A stretch of DNA of 64,000 nucleotides from Macrostomum lignano (Eukaryota), in assembly GCA_002269645.1 (NCBI GenBank), contig NIVC01001539.1, positions 124,001-188,000 of the forward strand. Direction: 5' to 3'. How positions within the stretch are numbered: position 1 is the stretch's first letter; every line of letters starts with the position of its first letter. This document shows positions 16,827 to 29,577 of this stretch, piece by piece. The translations under genes and the position numbers were made by a program. The notes beneath the pieces are model-generated. The model was not told the DNA's origin. It worked only from the letters and a program-made list of their open reading frames with translations, and searched no databases.

Positions 16827-19193
16827 GTGATGGTGAAGCTGGTGGGGGTGCTGTTGCTGATGCTGATGATGCTGCATGTGGTGATGCTGAGGATGCTGGT
16901 GATGAAGCTGATAATGGCTGCTGACTGGCGGCGACAACTGAAACAAAGTTTGAACGAATGAGTTTTTTGAATGTTAATTATCTCATGACAGATCCACGAC
17001 TGCCGTATGACTGACCCATGACTGACCAATGACCAATGACTGACTCATGACTAATCCATGACTGACCCATCAATGACCCATGACTGACCCATGACTGACC
17101 CATGACAGATCCACGACTGCCGTATGACTGACCCATAAATGACCCATGACTGACCCATGACTAATCCATGCCTGACCCATCAATGACCCATGACTGACCC
17201 ATGACTGACCTATGACTGATCCATGACTGATCCATGACTGACCCATGACTGACCCATGACTGACCCATGACTGACCCAGAACTGATCCAGCCTGATCCAT
17301 GTCAACTTCGCTGCATGACACCTTCAACCGAGCCATGAAAATCCATGATTAAGCCATAACTAGTCATGACTAGTCAGAAGTCTGGCCCAAACGCAGTTTT
17401 CTGTTCGGCTGCCACTAATTCTGCTTTGAGAGGCAGACAACTCCAATTTTCTCTCTCAACACACAAGAGCAGCCCGCCGGCCCCCTTGTCGTACTGGAGA
17501 GCTACTCGATGTCAGCTCCGACCCTCTTGACCACCAGACACGAGACCCGAAGATCCCCTGACCAGTTAAAGTCTGGACTGGCCCTCGTTTGCAATCTCAA
17601 ATTCGAGGAGCTCCCAGCTTCGGTTTGGCCCTACTCGAACTCGCGAAAAAATAAATGCTCATATTTATAATCCAGCGGATTATCGCCGGCTCTCAATTTC
17701 GACAAGTCAATCGAGTTAAACAAAGCCCTTAGGCGTGAGAGTTTTTGCCTGTGGGGTCACGCGTCAGACTGTTACACCTCACTGCACTCACACACACGCT
17801 CACACCGGGTGTACAGCGGTCCTGACTTTCTAATCATCAGGCATGTACACTCTCTCTGTGAATCACAAAGCCCCAAGCCCCAACTCAATGTGTTTGCGGC
17901 TAACTTGCGGGCGGTGCCCAAAGCCAGCCGCCCCCCGCTGCGAACTAAACTAACTTGTCTACCGTCTGTCTATCAGTCTCAGCCGCTGTCACTTTCAAGC
18001 CCCATCTTCTCCGTTGTGAATTTCTGTCTCCATTGCGGCGCCCGCCCAGTCTGGAGCATAGCCGGAGCCGGAGCGACTCTCTTCAAACTTTCTATTTACC
18101 GAGGTTCGCTCTGTCAAGTCTGCGCAGCCATATAATATTTTCTTTGCTAGTCTACCAAACGCAGGCATCAAAGGGACGCCGCTTAGCCAGTGCGGCTGGG
18201 ACTCTGGCTTTGTCTCTCAATGATTTTGAAATTTTTCGGCATATCTGATGACTTTTAGTCGGCGGGTCTGCCGCCAGAGGGTCTGCTGCTGCCGCGGAGT
18301 TAAGAATTTTTGACTCTCAGCTTCCCACAGTCTGTGTTCTGCGACATCATCGAGCGCGCATCGGTTGTGTCGCGTCAGGAGCGTTTTTTTTCTTGCTAAA
18401 TCTCGAACTCTGCCGGCTAAACATTCCTGGCCAGCTCGCCAGTGGTCACCTATGGCATATAGTCGGTTAATAGGCTTGCAGAGGTGGCTGAAGGTGATTT
18501 CAAGGGCTGCCCAGCCCAGTTGACAAACCTGTAATTATTGATCAACAACCAACTGCAACTGCCATCATGAGCCCCCGTAATCTGAGCCGCGGGGCCTTCA
18601 GGGGGGAAAGTGGGTGAGCAGTTTATGTTTGTGTGTGTGTGGGATGAGAGTGGGCGGGTCCTGACCCTGAAGCCTGTGAAGGGCTGCGCCCCCTCACCCA
18701 CCGGAGAGGCCCTCCGCCAGTTGGTGCCCCAGCAGAATCCCATTAATCAAACTGTCAGATACTCGTCACTGAATTCGGCCCGACGATCTTCATCGCTTCG
18801 GGTCCGAAACAGAGGGTGGGGGGGGGGGCGGCTCCAGTCCAGACCGAGAGACAACACATAGGGCAACTGAGTGAATGAATCTGGCCACTTTCCATTTCTC
18901 TAACCGCCCCTCCCCCCTTAGGTGTGTTTCTTCCGATATCTATATCTGGCCAGTGTAAGCCGGGGGTGTAAACAAGCGCAACAGCTGGCCGCCCCTCTTG
19001 AAAGGGGAAGAAAGTGGACAAGATCTGTTGTTTGGCCCGTCCCCCCGAACCAGCCTGCAGACCCCGATGCCTGGGACAACAACGTCTCGATGGCTCGGTG
19101 CGATAAGGACCCGGGGCCCCCGCCGTCCCCCCAGCACCAACTAACCCAGCGGGGGGCGGAGTAAAAACGTAAACTCACCATAGCGGGGGGTAG

Positions 19194-19230
<37 letters not shown>

Positions 19231-22200
19231 GGCGGCGGCAGAGTCTGCAGCTGCTGAGCCGCCTGAAGGTTGTGACTCGACGGCGACAGGCAGGCTTGTT
19301 CGGCCGAAGTTGTCAAGCAGTCGATGCTGCTAGCGGCGCCTGTTGGAGCAGCGGCCGACTGGCTGGACGAGCTCCCGCTGGCGTGGTGCTGGTGCTCATC
19401 TCGCTGGCCGCCGCCAGCGCCCTCTTCAACGACGAGGTCCATGGGCATCTTGCCCTTCAGGCAGGAGATGTAGCGTGAGCAAAAGTTGTCGCAGAGCTCA
19501 TGCACCTTGAGCAGGGTTGAGTCATGCGGGTGGGGATGGAGAAGTGTGAAGCGTCGAAAAGTGCCGATTTGTTTGTTAGGAGGCGCACTTTTGGGTGTCA
19601 GAAATCGCCTAGGTGTAATGTCAGACAGAGCCTAATTTAAATGTCAGACAGAGCCTAGGTGTAATGTCAGACAGAGCCTAATTTAAATGTCAGACAGAGC
19701 CTAGGTGTAATGTCAGACAGAGCCTAATTTAAATGTCAGACAGAGCCTAATTTAAATGTCAGACAGAGGCAAATCTAAATGTCAGACAGCCGCCTGATTT
19801 TAATGTCAGACAGCGCCAAATTTCAATGTCAGACAGCGCCTAATTTCAATGTCAGACAGCCGCCTAATTTTAATGTTAGACAGCCCCCTAGATTCAATGT
19901 CAGACAGCGCCTAAGTTCAATGTCAGACAGCGCCTAAATTCAATGTCAGACAGAGCCAAATTTAAATGTCAGACAGCCGCCTAATTTCAATGTCAGACAG
20001 CGCCTAGAAGTGCCGCCCAAGTTGCCCTCCAACAAATTTCGCCCAACTGTTTGCGTTTGGGAAAGTCAACCACAAAACGCATGCACCGTCAGTTGCGCCA
20101 CCGTTTCGTAATCAAAATCTGTTTACGCTTAGTTGTGCTTGATTTGCATTTTTGCAACCGAATTCTGCCCCCCCCCTCCCTCCCTGGCGGACAGGTGGCA
20201 GGGAAGGGAAACGCGAAATCTCCCAGTTTGACAGGTCGTCAAACCGGCGCAGAGTCATTGCCCATTGTCTTATACAATGCTACCCGTCACCCACTATTAT
20301 AAACACATTATGGCCATAAGTTGGCAACCAAAATAAGTTGGCACAGCTGATTTCTGGGGCAAGCAAAAGCTGAGCAGATGGTCAGTCAGCCAGTGATCCC
20401 GTGTCAAACGAATTGTTAGCGACAGCATGCTCTGCTCACGAGGGAGTTGAAAAAAAAATTCGTAAGGAATTTATTTAAGTTTAATATGAGAGTCCTTGCA
20501 TCTAATTTAGCGGTTAATAAGGCGTGGAGTTTGGGGTCCCAGTGTCCAGACACCGGAACTGCCTGCACTCTAAACTGTGCAGGGCCCAGTTCCCTCACTC
20601 GGGTGCTTTTGCATCAGAGAGAGGCTTAAGTTTAATCCGCCCTTGAGCCGTTTGAATATGATATCAGATAGCGGCTTCTGTGAAAAGAGCACAGAATAGA
20701 AAACTTCATCCAGCTTCAAACGGGGAGACTTACCTTTTCAATTTCTAGCAGATGAAATCGAAGCACTTGGACAGCTTGAATCATCTGTAAAATTGTGTAA
20801 ACATTTCTGGTTGTACAAACTTTATTTCTCTTTTTCGTATGGCTAAATCGGGTGAAGAGGGTGTCAGGAGTGTCAGGGATGTCATGGGTGTCAGGGGTGT
20901 CAGGGTGTCAGGAGTGTCAGGGGTGTCAGGAGCGTCAGGGGTGTCAGGAGTGTCAGGTGTGACATGGGTGTCAGGAGTGTCAGGAGTGTCAGGAGTGTCA
21001 GGAGTGTCAGGGGTGTCAGGGTGTCAGGAGTGTCAGGGGTGTCAGGAGTGTCAGGAGTGTCAGGAGTGTCAGGGATGTCATGGGTGTCAGGGGTGTCAGG
21101 GTGTCAGGAGTGTCAGGGGTGTCAGGAGCGTCAGGGGTGTCAGGAGTGTCAGGTGTGACATGGGTGTCAGGAGTGTCAGGAGTGTCAGGAGTGTCAGGAG
21201 TGTCAGGAGTGTCAGGAGTGTCAGGAGTGTCAGGAGTGTCAGGGGTGTTAGGGGTGTCAGGGTGTCAGGAGTGTCAGGGGTGTCAGGAGTGTCAGGGGTG
21301 TCAGGAGTGTCAGGATGTGTCAGGCGTGTCAGGAGTGTCAGGAGTGTCAGGAGTGTCAGGGGTGTCAGGAGTGCCAGGAGTGTCAGGGGGTGTCAGTCAT
21401 TCGCTCACCACCGCGTCGAGATCCTGGTTGCCGCTATAGATGGACTTGTCGGAGTTCTCCAGCTGCAAAGTGTAAAGAATTTCACTATCAATTGGATTCT
21501 TAGCATAGGATTTTCCTTTTGATTGACCAAGCGATCTAATTTTTAAGTTGAAGATTTTTTGGCTCCCAGAGAGAGAGAGAGTCAGTCAGTCCCGGTGACA
21601 GCTTGTTGCCAACCAAGAGTCGGGCACGGGGAAGCACGCGGCTTCCAAATTGAACTGAGGAATAATAGCGATGAAGAGGGTAGAGAGAGGTGGAGAGAGG
21701 AGGCTGCGGGGTCCCCGGCGGCCGGAAAAGCTGAGCAGCGGACTGAGCAGCGATCAAAGAGCTCCGCTGCTCACAGTTTCTCCAACGGCATTGGCGATTG
21801 TCAAGCCGTCTCGCTCTGGAACTGATCCCCCAAAGCATCCTCCCAGCATCCACCATCAGCTCACTCAGCTTCACGCCGCCTTCCTTCCTAGTCGGGTCCT
21901 CATTGATATGCCGTCTTCTTCTTCAGACGATATGAAAACGGGAGGCCTGTGAGCTCCAGTCGTGAGGACACAAAGAAATGCCGGGTCGGCTAAAAAAAAA
22001 TTTTCAAGATTCCTCTTGCGCGACTCTCCAATACTTTTGACATGGAGAGCTGGCGGGCCCGCGGGTTCCCCCTGTAGAAAGAGGGAAGAAGCTGAAGCAC
22101 TCACTTTTTTCTTCTGTTTTTCTTTCAAAAATTTTATGCTAAGGAAAAATACGTCAGGGTGTGCAAACGTTTCGAGGGGTGTCGTGATGTGTCAGGGCGT

Positions 22201-25200
22201 GTCATGATGTTTTTGGGGGTGTCATGATGTGTCAGGGCGTGTCATGATGTGTCAGGGCGTCAGGATGTGTCGATATTGATGTGTCATGATGTGTCAGGGC
22301 GTCAGGATGTGTCGATATTGATGTGTCATGATGTGTCAGGATGTGTCATGATGTGTCAGGGCGTGTCATGATGTGTCAGGGTGTGTCATGATGTGTCAGG
22401 GCGTGTCATGATGTGTCAGGGCGTGTCATGATGTGTCAGGGTGTGTCATGATGTGTCAGGGCGTGTCATGATGTGTCAGGGCGTGTCATGATGTGTCAGG
22501 GCGTGTCATGATGTGTCAGGGCGTCAGGATGTGTCGATATTGATGTGTCATGATGTGTCAGGATGTGTCATGATGTGTCAGGGCGTGTCATAATGTGTCA
22601 GGGCGTGTCATAATGTGTCTGGGGTGTCATAATGTGTCGGGGGGTGTCAGGGAACGTCATAATGTGTCAGGGCGTGTCATGATGTGTCAGGAGGTGCCAT
22701 AACTTGTCAGGGGGATGTACGGATGTGTCAGGTTTGTTGAAAAGTGTCAGGGGCCTGTGAGCACCGGTGAGATGGTTGTTTATTTTTAGAATTTTCATAA
22801 AGTCAATTTATACATAATTCATTCAGCTGTAAGATGAAACGGAATTTAGATTACAATCTGTGACAAAGTGCTCTGAAAATTGCTTGTTTCGGGATCGAGA
22901 TGGATTTTCTTGAGTTTAAGCCTAAATTTGTCAGTTCAAAATGCAAATCCTGAAGTATCTGGGCTTTCTGCAGTTGGCGAACACGAAATTCTTTCTAAGA
23001 AACGACCAAAATAGGTCGCTAATTAGCCCTGGGCGATGCACAGGACTTGATGTCCGACAGCGTTAGGAAGGCTCTGCAACTATCGCATCCAAGGTGCTAA
23101 TGACGTAACCATGGCAACCGAGAAAACTCCCCCCTCTCTCTCCCTAGACGGCAAGTCGAAGACCGCGGAGACCCGACCGACCCGAATTCTCCCGGCAGCT
23201 TTGAAGTCCCGCTCGGGCCGGGCCGGCCTCGACCTCATCAATCACGTCGGTTGGCTTTTTTTCTTTAAGGCCTCGACGAGAAGTCGAAAATTAAACTCGG
23301 GGTGGTGGGGAAGCCAGCCAATTGTTTCATTCCCCCAGCTCACTCATATTATACACTGTACTCCTACAGCTCAAGCCGATGCCTTGAATTGTCCCGTCCT
23401 AACTAAAGAAGAATAGCCGGGCCTCAACTTCCTCCTCATTTTCTGTGAAGAAGCGAGCAGGCAATATCGCCCTTCTAGGGGGGGGGGGCGCAGGGAACAG
23501 GCACGGCTGGGCCTTGCTTGTGTATTGCCAAAGCAGCAAAAAGCACTGGGAATTGGGTGGGGGGAGCGGAGGGGATCGGAGGAGAGGCCGAGGACCATCA
23601 ATCATGGGCTGTCAAAAGGCCCCGCACGCTGCCGCCCCCCCCCACACACACCTGGTTTGTGCCCGATCCTTTCTTCTCTCTCTTCCTTTCTCTCTTCCTC
23701 TTTCTCTGCTTTTGGCTTTCCCTTCAGTTCCAAAAATTTCCCCTCCTTTTCGCTTGGCTTCCTTCCTACACACCGCGGCCCGGGCTCCGCTCCCTGCTGC
23801 ATAGATCTCTAAGAGCGAGCCGCCATGGTGTATGGGCTATAGATAGCTTGAATGCTTGCTCCATTCCGCCCGCCCCCGCCGCTGGGCCCCGCTGCAAAAG
23901 CAGCAAAATAGCAATCGAAACTTCTTGGAAAACAGGCCGGCTAAGCCTCTCTGTCTTTTGTGTTTTATTTGAAAATTTGTCAGGAAATTTTATAATTCAA
24001 TCGCGTTTGGAAAGAAGTTGGATGGCCGGTGCGCTTGTACTGGGGTGTGATAAATTTTAGCTGAGAAAGCCCCGTGTGCGGTCGGTCTGCATCAAGTGCA
24101 GATTTATAATCTACCATAAATTGGGATTACCGTGGAGTATACTGCAAAAGCAAGTTTTTAGGTTTCTAGTTAATGGAAATCTATAAATGTAACAGTCTGG
24201 ATAGAATGATAGAACAGGCTGGATAGTGATAGAACAGTCTAGATAGAGTGATAGAACAGGCTGGATAGAGTGATAGAACAGGCTGGATTGAGTGATAGAA
24301 CAGCCTGGATGGAGTGATAGAACAGGCTGGATGGAGTGATAGAACAGGCTGAATAGAGTGATAGAACAGTCTGGATAGAGTGATAGAACAGTCTGGATAG
24401 AGTGATAGAACAGTCTGGATAGAGTGATAGAACAGCCTGGATGGAGTGATAGAACAGGCTGGATGGAGTGATAGAACAGGCTGGATGGAGTGATAGAACA
24501 GGCTGGATGGAGTGATAGAACAGGCTGGATGGAGTGATAGAACAGGCTGGATGGAGTGATAGAACAGCCTGGATAGAGTGATAGAACAGTCTGGATAGAG
24601 TAATGCCGACACAGGCGAATTCGTGTTACCTCTCTGGCGAACTCGGCGATGTCCTGCTCAAAGCTCTGGCTGCTGCACACGTCACCGCCTGGCACGCTGG
24701 CCGCCCCAATCTCGCGCGGTGCACTGGTGGCCAGCTCGCACTTCTCGAAGATCAGACACAGCAGCGGGAACATCGGGTGCCTGCAATAAAAGCAAGTGTT
24801 AATTAAATTCTTGATGGAAACAAAGAGCCCAGACGAAGACCACAATGTGTGCAAGAAGCGTGACAGCCTCTTCCCCATCAACGCGCCATCATTTCTTTCA
24901 GTCGGGTGTGCTTTGAAACTGCAATTGCGGCACCAGCAACAGGCGGGGAAGTTGTCCGTCTGCCGCTGCCCTCCCCGCCTCCGCCGCCTCTCCCCTCTCT
25001 CACCAGAACCCCTGCAGTTATTTACTAAACGTGCCGACAGAAGTTTGGTTAAGTGCCGCTCTTTCGGGGCTCCTCTCACCAATACACAGAGAGAGGGGGG
25101 ATTAAGGTCACGATTCGTTATCCCATACGCGAAAGAGAATTGCGGCTTGCGAATCTCTGATGCCGACAGGGCACAGTAGTTCTATCTGCTGCTCTATCCA

Positions 25201-28181
25201 CTCTCCATCCGTGATCCTGCCGCCACTAGCACCCTGCACAGAGCCTCTTACTGTTTTTTCCTAGCATATTCTTATTTCCATTTTTTAAATTCATTTCATA
25301 ACTTGCCCCATTCTATCCCTGCACATCTCTATCTCTCTCCCTGCCCATCTCTATCCCTCTCCCTGCACATCTCTATCTCTCTCCCTGCCCATCTCACTCC
25401 CTGTCCATCTCTATCTCACTCCCTGCCCATCTCTATCTCTCTCCCTGTCCATCTCTATCTCTCTCCCTGTCCATCTCGATCTCTCTCCCTGCCCATCTCT
25501 ATCTCACTCCCTGCCCATCTCTATCTCTCTCCCTGCACGTCTCTATCTCACTCCCTGCCCATCTCTATCTCTCTCCCTGCACATCTCTATCTCACTCCCT
25601 GCCCATCTCTATCTCTCTCCCTGCCCATCTCTATCTCACTCCCTGCCCATCTCTATCTCTGTCCCTGCACGTCTCTATCTCACTCCCTGCCCATCTCTAT
25701 CTCTCTCCCTGCACGTCTCTATCTCACTCCCTGCCCATCTCTATCTCTCTCCCTGCACATCTCTATCTCACTCCCTGCCCATCTCTATCTCTCTCCCTGC
25801 CCATCTCTATCTCTCTCATTGCCCATCTCTATCTCTCTCCCTGTCCATCTCTATCTCACTCCCTGTCCATCTCTATCTCTCTCCCTGTCTCTTCTGTCTT
25901 TGTCCCTATTCACAGCCTGCAATATCCTTTCTCCATAGCTCTTAACCTTTCGATATTCGCTCCTGCCTTCCCATGCCATGTCAATAAAATAGCCACTTAT
26001 GACTGTCATCTGCAGACGCCTAGTGCATTATATTTATACATCGCAGCATCATCAAAGGCATTCCGACTAGGTCATAAATCACGCTATAGGCGCGCACATC
26101 AGTTGTTGAAACAGTTTAAATATCGTGGCGAAGTGACTGCTCGCGGCCCTGCAATCTCAGGGAAGTGGGTCAAGAAGCCGTTCCCAATATTATTTGAATT
26201 TATTCCCAACCCGATGGGCTCTGGGAATGAAAAGTCAGCAGCTCAGCTCCATCTATATCTGGCCAACCCTGCAGGTCTGTTTGCCCGCGAGCTTATCGCT
26301 ATCTGCTTCCATATATACGCTCGTATGTATGTGTATATATACTTGTGTGTGTGCAGGAGACGGTGAACTTGCGCTAACCGCGGGCACCCTACCGCTTTAT
26401 CAGTAGTATACAATACAAGAGATTGCGGACCCCATATGCCTGCTCAGGTTGCATGTGGCAGCCAGCCATGAAACGGCGGTTTTCTTAATCCTGGGATCAA
26501 CGGGGGGCGGCCTCTGATAAACCGGAGGGGTCAAAGATTCACGGTCCCTTGATTTATAGTGATATGGCTCTGTCACGTCTGAGTAACTGTCACTGGAAAA
26601 CCTGCCTTTTTTGCCTGTCACACCAATGCAACTGTCACTGCAGGAAAGCCGGTCTCTCTGTCTCTCTCACCTGTCTGTCACACCAATGCAACTGTCACTG
26701 CAGGAAAGCCGGTCTCTCTCTCACCTGTCTGTCACACCAATGCAACTGTCACTGCAGGAAAGCCGGTCTCTCTCTCACCTGTCTGTCACACCAATGCAAC
26801 TGTCACTGCAGGAAAGCCGGTCTCTCTCTCACCTGTCTGTCACACCAATGCAACTGTCACTGCAGGAATACCGGTCTCTCTCTCACCTGTCTGTCACACC
26901 AATGCAACTGTCACTGCAGGAAAGCCGGTCTCTCTCTCACCTGTCTGTCACACCAATGCAACTGTCACTGCAGGAAAGCCGGTCTCTCTCTTTTAACTGC
27001 CTGTCACACCAATGCAACTACCAGTGCAAGCCGGTCACTATCCCCGGTGGTACACCTGTTCTATATACTGTATACCTGTGCACTCACTTGAACATCTGGT
27101 CTCGGCCTTTGTTCAACTCGTCCTGCCCTCCCGGATGGTGCGGGCTGCCTCCAGCGCTGCAGCTGTTGGCGCTGTTGTTGAAGTGCCCGACTCCGACGCT
27201 TGATGCCGATGTTGACGCCGCTGCAGCCGCTGCCGCTGCCGCTGCCATAGCGGCGGCCGCCGCTTGAACTACGGAGTTGGAGCCCACCGAGGCAGCGTCT
27301 CCTGCCGAGTTCGGGGTGCAGGATGAGGCCGAGTTGCTGGCAGCTGCTGCCGCGTAAACGCCAGCGCTATTGAAGTCCTCAACTCCATCAGAAGCCAAGG
27401 ATAACTGCGGTGGGTGGTGAGGATTGCAGAGAATGGGCTTTTGCGGATGAGGAATGGGAGGCTGAGGAGGACCGTGGAGACATGAGATGGAAAGAGGAGA
27501 CTAGATAGAATGAGACTAGATAGAATGAGACTAGATAGAATGAGACTATAGAAAGAAGGAGACTAGATAGAATGAGACTATAGAAAGAAGGAGACTAGAT
27601 AGAATGAGACTAGATAGAATGAGACTAGATAGAATGAGACTATAGATAGAATGAGACTATAGATAGAATGAGACTAGATAAAATGGAGACTAGATAGAAT
27701 GAGACTAGATAAAATGGAGACTAGATAGAATGAGACTAGATAGAATGAGACTTGATAGAATGAGACTATAGATAGAATGAGACTAGATAGAATGAGACTA
27801 GATAGAATGAGACTAGATAGAATGAGACTATAGATAGAATGAGACTATAGATAGAATGAGACTATAGATAGAATGAGACTAAACAGAATGAGACTAGATA
27901 GAATGAGACTAGATAGAATGAGACTAGATAGAATGAGACTAGATACAATGAGACTAGATACAATGAGACTAGATCGAATGAGACTATTCAATGTCATCAG
28001 AGAATCGATAACGAAAAAGATAAAGCACAAAATTTGCATATGAGCTGATAGATGAGTTTATAATTCTGGATGGAAGCATTAGTGCACCACAGAGCAATCT
28101 CTAATGATGACATAACCCTACAAATTTGAGAATGTCACTGGCTAAACAGCTCACCATATGCTGCTGCGACTGAGAAGTCAT
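9805..28181 (-). CDS. Meis: Meis/homothorax TALE homeobox transcription factor, 12 exons, about 674 aa
   Basis: Exons (minus strand): 28181-28155, 27461-27088 (alternative in-frame acceptor 27404), 24780-24630, 21462-21409, 20784-20734, 19505-19179, 16937-16661, 14449-14301, 14223-14147, 14068-14010, 10564-10484, 10202-9805. All introns are GT-AG with consistent phases; total 2025 nt. MEIS domain: [64 protein letters not shown] homeodomain: [50 protein letters not shown]. Exons 1, 2 and 11 are less certain. Confidence 0.93.
10225..10395. repeat. GGGATCT/GGGATTT 7-mer array in Meis intron 11
   Basis: Direct reading of the tandem units. Confidence 0.9.
10690..11030. repeat. 20-bp array GGGAATGGGATTTGGGATTC in Meis intron 10
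   Basis: Direct reading of the tandem units. Confidence 0.9.
11598..12346. repeat. 9-bp array (GGAGGGAGC)n, about 80 copies, Meis intron 10
   Basis: Near-perfect tandem repeat; source of the spurious GGS/SLR/APS ORFs. Confidence 0.95.
13065..13875. repeat. GGGATCT/GGGATTT array in Meis intron 10
   Basis: Direct reading; same monomer as 10225-10395. Confidence 0.95.
14495..15125. repeat. GGAGGGAGC-derived higher-order array in Meis intron 7
   Basis: 9-mer interspersed with GGAGATAACAGAATGAGC and GGAGTGAAA variants in recurring blocks. Confidence 0.9.
16200..17365. repeat. Two 11-bp (ATGACTGACCC-type) arrays, 16200-16560 and 16980-17365, on either side of Meis exon 7
   Basis: Direct reading of the tandem units on both sides of exon 16937-16661. 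Confidence 0.9.
17790..17900 (-). mobile_element. Fragment of dispersed SINE family B
   Basis: CACACGCTCACACCGGGTGTACAGCGGTCCTGACTTTC...GGCATGTACAC matches copies at 42235-42300, 42560-42660 and, in reverse, 44850-44935. Confidence 0.6.
19610..20008. repeat. 23-bp array AATGTCAGACAGAGCCTAATTTA in Meis intron 5
   Basis: Direct reading of the tandem units. Confidence 0.9.
20858..21396. repeat. 9-bp array (GTGTCAGGA)n in Meis intron 4
   Basis: Direct reading of the tandem units. Confidence 0.9.
22150..22750. repeat. 10/20-bp array GTGTCATGAT/GTGTCAGGGC in Meis intron 3
   Basis: Direct reading; shares the GTGTCA core with 20858-21396. Confidence 0.9.
24190..24602. repeat. 22-bp array CTGGATAGAGTGATAGAACAGG in Meis intron 3
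   Basis: Direct reading of the tandem units. Confidence 0.9.
25305..25890. repeat. 22-bp array CCCTGCCCATCTCTATCTCTCT in Meis intron 2
   Basis: Direct reading; the 22-aa periodicity of the spurious ORF equals 3 x 22 bp. Confidence 0.9.
26570..27030. repeat. About 54-bp array with two CTGTCA per unit in Meis intron 2
   Basis: Unit CTGTCACACCAATGCAACTGTCACTGCAGGAAAGCCGGTCTCTCTCTCACCTGT, about 8 copies. Confidence 0.9.
27495..27985. repeat. 15-bp array GACTAGATAGAATGA in Meis intron 1
   Basis: Direct reading of the tandem units. Confidence 0.9.
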
Positions 28182-29577
28182 AAGGAGTTCTCCTCTCTCT
28201 CTCTCTGTGCTTTGCAAAAGTTGGCGGCGGCCCCAGCCGATTCAGCTGTCCAATTAGCAGCTAATTGAAAGTGACAATTCTTAAATACAGAACAGAGTTG
28301 GGACTGCAGGCTGGCTTGGTCAGCCTCGGGGCGATTCTCCTGTGTGCGATGCAGCTTCCTCAGACTCCGATGGTCTTGTTTGTGACGCGGTTCTCTCTGT
28401 TTCTGTCCGTCTCTTGGATTGTTTTATTAATCTTTAACAAGAAGCCGGTTGCAGTCTTCTGGCGGTGGGAACTGTCTCTTTGGCAAAAGTAAATTCAATC
28501 AGGAGAAGGTCGGGGAGCCTCAAATGTCTGTTATGTTTTAGCAAAGGCTTATTTGACGTTTTTAGAATGGCGCGGCTTGAAATCCCGGACAAGAGGAGGT
28601 GGGGGCTGCGGACCACCGGAGCCGCCTGCTGGCCAATGGCGGCTCGCCCTGGCGGATCCACGGCCAGGCCGCTATTCGCCAACCATCGGGTCTGGGAGGA
28701 TATTATTGGGTTGCCTGGCTGTGGGGATTAGCCTAATATTCCGGGATGTTGAGGTCCAACAGCTCAGCTGCCTATGAATCAATGCACATGCGTTTTGTGG
28801 TCAAGTCAGCGATGAAATCTATCGGATGCTTCATCATAACCCTGGGCAGTACAGTGATTTGGGAGACTGTCTGACAGGAGAATCGCAGGGACATCGGGGG
28901 GGGGGTCCAGTGCTGAGGATGCGGAGCATTTCATCAGGCTCACTTACCTCACCTAGCCTAATATGTAATATGTGTTTTATGCCGTGTATACTTCTTGCCT
29001 CACAGTTTGGCCTTTTGTTATTCCAGTTTCAATTATTTTTCTGTTCAATGTTTTTTTGGGATGAGTTCTCCTCCCTCCAACCCGCCTCAAACTCCTCATT
29101 CTGAGGATGGCGGCGGCGGCGGCGGCGCCAGGCAACAAAAAAGATTTTTTTAAATCAAAGCAACGCTTGAAGCAGATGAAAGCAGACAGCCTGATGTCAT
29201 TTCGCTCGGGCTATAGTCCAGGAAATTGCTTGGAAACAATTGAAGACAGACAAATTTTCCGCTTCCGGCCCCACAAAAGACAATTTCTTGCAGGCAGAAT
29301 CTGCAGCGCAAGATCTGCAGCACGCAAAGGCCCTGTCAGGCAAATCCAGCGGTTCCGGCCTTTGCCAGCAATGACAGACAGACCGGCACGCAGGCAGGCA
29401 GGCGGCTGCTTCAGTTGAAGCAAAATGAGACCTTGATGGCATCGATATCTTCTAGGGATTCGTTTTTTTGAAGACAGCAGCCTCATTACAGTGGAGATGG
29501 ATTTGATAAGATGGCATGAAATTAAAGTTGCGATGAGATTTTGCGCATTGAAATGAATGATCAATAGAAATTTATAA

